IMG/VR virus record: IMGVR_UViG_2511231131_000001
From: a virus
Taxonomy: Duplodnaviria; Heunggongvirae; Uroviricota; Caudoviricetes
Reading direction: 5' to 3' (one strand)
DNA length: 64,000 bases
Under the pieces are notes generated by a model. It worked only from the letters and a program-made list of their open reading frames with translations. It was not told the origin of the DNA and did not search any database. Positions 60,923-64,000 of the stretch are shown here, one piece after another (position 1 is the stretch's first letter; each line of letters starts with the position of its first letter). The translations under genes and the position numbers were made by a program.

Positions 60923-62406
60923 TGGCCAGAAGTTGCGTAACGGACCCACGTTGGCGCGAGCTTGTGGCGCTATATCGTTATGACTGGATTGCGGCCGCTG
61001 ATGTGTTGTTTGGGAAGACACCAACCTGGCAGCAGGATGAGATCATTGAGTCCACGCAGCAGGACGGCAGTTGGACAAGTGTGACCTCCGGCCATGGTAC
61101 TGGTAAATCGGATATGACGAGTATCATTGCAATACTCTTCATCATGTTTTTCCCCGGCGCTCGCGTCATTCTGGTCGCTAACAAAAGACAGCAAGTCCTT
61201 GATGGTATTTTCAAATACATAAAGAGCAATTGGGCTACTGCTGTTAGCAGATTCCCGTGGTTGTCGAAGTATTTCATTCTTACAGAAACGTCTTTTTTTG
61301 AGGTGACTGGCAAGGGTGTTTGGACAATATTGATAAAGTCCTGTCGCCCCGGGAATGAGGAGGCGTTGGCTGGTGAACACGCCGATCATCTCTTGTATAT
61401 CATCGACGAAGCGTCGGGTGTGAGTGATAAAGCATTCAGTGTGATAACAGGTGCGCTGACCGGTAAGGATAACCGTATTCTGCTTCTTTCCCAGCCTACG
61501 CGACCTTCAGGCTATTTCTACGATTCACACCACAGACTAGCTATTCGCCCGGGAAATCCTGATGGATTGTTTACTGCGATAATACTGAATAGTGAAGAAT
61601 CTCCGCTTGTAGATGCAAAATTTATACGAGCAAAACTTGCGGAGTATGGCGGTCGTGATAACCCCATGTACATGATCAAAGTACGTGGTGAATTTCCCAA
61701 ATCTCAAGATGGCTTTCTTCTTGGTCGTGATGAGGTTGAGCGGGCGACGCGGCGAAAGGTCAAGATTGCCAAAGGATGGGGCTGGGTTGCATGTGTTGAC
61801 GTTGCTGGTGGCACAGGACGAGATAAGTCCGTTATTAATATCATGATGGTGTCCGGCCAGCGAAATAAACGCCGTGTAATCAACTATCGTATGCTGGAAT
61901 ACACAGACGTTACAGAAACGCAGTTAGCCGCCAAGATTTTCGCAGAATGTAACCCAGAACGGTTCCCGAACATAACCATAGCTATTGATGGCGATGGCTT
62001 GGGGAAATCGACGGCTGATCTAATGTACGAACGCTATGGCATTACCGTCCAGCGTATCCGCTGGGGTAAAAAGATGCACAGCCGTGAAGATAAAAGCCTT
62101 TATTTCGATATGCGCGCTTTCGCGAATATTCAGGCGGCAGAAGCTGTAAAATCAGGGCGTATGAGGCTTGATAAGGGGGCTGCGACTATAGAGGAAGCAT
62201 CAAAGATACCGGTAGGGATAAATTCCGCAGGTCAATGGAAGGTGATGTCAAAGGAAGATATGAAGAAAAAACTCAACCTGCACTCACCGGACCATTGGGA
62301 TACATATTGTTTCGCTATGTTGGCGAACTATGTTCCCCAGGATGAAGTGCTTAGCGTCGAAGACGAAGCGCAGGTTGATGAAGCTCTGGCATGGCTTAAT
62401 GAATAA
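60922..62406 (+). CDS. pacB: terminase large subunit PacB
   Basis: 494 aa; Walker [10 protein letters not shown], Walker [11 protein letters not shown]. Confidence 0.8.
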
Positions 62407-62430
62407 CTCATTAACCATGCCGGATAGAAA

Positions 62431-63282
62431 CTATTGCGCGCTTTCGGGGTTGTCGTTTACTGGCTGCCCCTTCTTAGTTTTACGGCTGCGCGTAACTGAT
62501 GCGGCTGATTTGACCTTTTTCTCTTCGCGAGTGATGGCAATTTGTTTTTTTACATTTTCAATATCTGCCAGGCGATATATTTTTGCCTGCGGCCAGCGGT
62601 CGCAGATGATCGGTTCTATAGAGTCATAAAGGCTAAATTTTGCTTTCTCGAATTCACCGTTGATGATGATTCCATCACGGAGAGTTTCATCGCAGATAAA
62701 CACACCACACAGCGGCACATGGTAACTAACTGATTTACCATCATTGTAGTTAGGGCTACTGGAAATGTAATGGACGCGCAGCATTGTTTCGCTAAAGCCG
62801 TGTACACGCATACGGAATTTTTCATCCTCCGGGTACTGCTTCATTAGCTCTTTTGTTGCTTCCAGGTTCTCTATGTATTTCGCACTGTGCTCATTGATCC
62901 CCGCGCTTTTCTGGATGCGAATGTCCTTATCAATCAGATGAATAATGCGGCCAGCGGTCATGTTGACGCTGTTCACAGCTTCTGTCTGATAAGTTGTAAC
63001 CTTACGCACACCGCGAAGGATGTTAGGCACTGGATATAAAATAGTCTTTGGGATATTGAGGTCTGGGTACTGTTCCAGTTCTCGCGCCATTAAAGTCCAT
63101 TTATCAATTTCAGCCTGAATGCTGTCCGTTTCTTTGAACGGCAGAACGACAACCGGGCGTACAGGACGACCGTCGCTGGCGGCATCAACGTGTTGGGCGC
63201 GTGCAACAGCTTTTTTTAGAAAGAGATCCCTGAAGCTGACGAACTCCTGGTACAGTTGTTCGCCGTAGACATAATTTATCAT
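62431..63282 (-). CDS. c1: C1 repressor of lysis
   Basis: 283 aa as in P1; convergent with pacB; operators and coi upstream. Confidence 0.75.
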   Translation of the reverse strand: MINYVYGEQLYQEFVSFRDLFLKKAVARAQHVDAASDGRPVRPVVVLPFKETDSIQAEIDKWTLMARELEQYPDLNIPKTILYPVPNILRGVRKVTTYQTEAVNSVNMTAGRIIHLIDKDIRIQKSAGINEHSAKYIENLEATKELMKQYPEDEKFRMRVHGFSETMLRVHYISSSPNYNDGKSVSYHVPLCGVFICDETLRDGIIINGEFEKAKFSLYDSIEPIICDRWPQAKIYRLADIENVKKQIAITREEKKVKSAASVTRSRKTKKGQPVNDNPESAQ

Positions 63283-63376
63283 TGATCCTCCTCCAGAATT
63301 GACATGGCCAACAACTCACAGCGGATTACACTGGGAGTTGTTGGCCACCATTATAGAAGGATCCAACGAAAATAAT

Positions 63377-63393
63377 AGATTTATTAGTGCATT
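63377..63393 (-). promoter_or_regulatory. C1-type operator (c1 autoregulatory region)
   Basis: AGATTTATTAGTGCATT, 14/17 to consensus complement. Confidence 0.5.
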
Positions 63394-63602
63394 TATTGTG
63401 AGTCTGGCTGGTTAGTGGCCATGAGATATTCGATTGTGTCAGTGAGATCATCCAGGTCGTCTTGGGTGATGCGGTACTCCTGATTGGATATCTTTGAGTA
63501 GTGTTCAGCAATGGCGCGGGCAGCGTCGGTTTCGGCAGGGTCTACAGATAAAGCGTTAGAGCAATGTCTAACGTCGTCGATGGTTGGTGGAATGAAAGCC
63601 AT
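63393..63602 (-). CDS. coi: Coi (C1 inactivator)
   Basis: 69 aa as in P1, immediately upstream of c1 on the same strand. Confidence 0.6.
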   Translation of the reverse strand: MAFIPPTIDDVRHCSNALSVDPAETDAARAIAEHYSKISNQEYRITQDDLDDLTDTIEYLMATNQPDSQ

Positions 63603-63840
63603 AATTATGCCTCACTGTATTGACAACACAGAGCCTGAAGCTCTGACCTACTGTTTCACCCATGATCCATGCTGGGGTAATCTAACAACATTGCGCTGTG
63701 TGTAAGATGAGCAATGCATAGCTGTAATGCCGTTGTATAAGGTTTCCCTGTTTGCTCATTTCCTTCTGAGCCGCTCTACAACGCTGAAGACACATTAAAT
63801 AGTGAATCCAAAGTCGTATTACGAAACGGCGGCAAAACTA

Positions 63841-63857
63841 TAATTTATTAGAGCAAT
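63841..63857 (-). promoter_or_regulatory. C1-type operator
   Basis: TAATTTATTAGAGCAAT, 16/17 to consensus complement. Confidence 0.6.
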
Positions 63858-63923
63858 TGTCAAACAACAATGAAAAACAATCCAGTTTTTGGCTGGTGGA
63901 GTGGGATTTTTCTCTCAAAATTT

Positions 63924-63940
63924 ATTGCTCTAATAATTCT
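63924..63940 (+). promoter_or_regulatory. C1-type operator
   Basis: ATTGCTCTAATAATTCT, 15/17. Confidence 0.55.
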
Positions 63941-63983
63941 TGATTTTTATGCGCAGCTGGACGTAAACTCCTCTTCGGACCTA

Positions 63984-64000
63984 ATAACTTCGTATAGCAT
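63984..64000 (+). other. loxP: loxP, left 13-bp arm plus first 4 bp of spacer, truncated by window end
   Basis: ATAACTTCGTATA-GCAT is the exact start of loxP (ATAACTTCGTATA GCATACAT TATACGAAGTTAT). Confidence 0.8.

Noticed and set aside
63511-63705. Plus-strand ORF of 64 aa over the coi region
   Set aside because: Antisense to coi and crosses a predicted operator.

Overview
The window is about 64 kb of a P1-family temperate phage-plasmid, running from inside the invertible tail-fibre region (position 1 lies inside a silent fibre cassette) to the first half of loxP at the window end. Directly readable signatures: tail fibre S, Sit (lytic transglycosylase motifs), ParA/ParB/parS, an iteron RepA replicon with DnaA box and GATC cluster, bifunctional Dmt methyltransferase, tRNA-Asn/Thr/Ile2, Ban (DnaB-type helicase), Ppp phosphatase, HumD with a LexA box, Phd/Doc, PacA/PacB with the internal pac hexamer clusters, C1 repressor, Coi and at least 13 C1-type operators. 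Gene names assigned by synteny come from memory of the P1 map and no database search was run. Most follow-up-worthy departures from a canonical P1 layout: (1) a tail-fibre locus with at least four silent alternative 3' cassettes and four candidate invertase crossover sites (Min/shufflon-like), recombinase not in window; (2) an array of five hairpin repeats with compensatory base changes around the tRNA genes, candidate structured RNAs; (3) a GIY-YIG/T5orf172-like gene wedged between parA and the incA iterons; (4) a hok/mok type I toxin locus near-identical to HokD/RelF; (5) a 300-bp tandem repeat expansion inside S; (6) an overlapped spanin-like gene pair.
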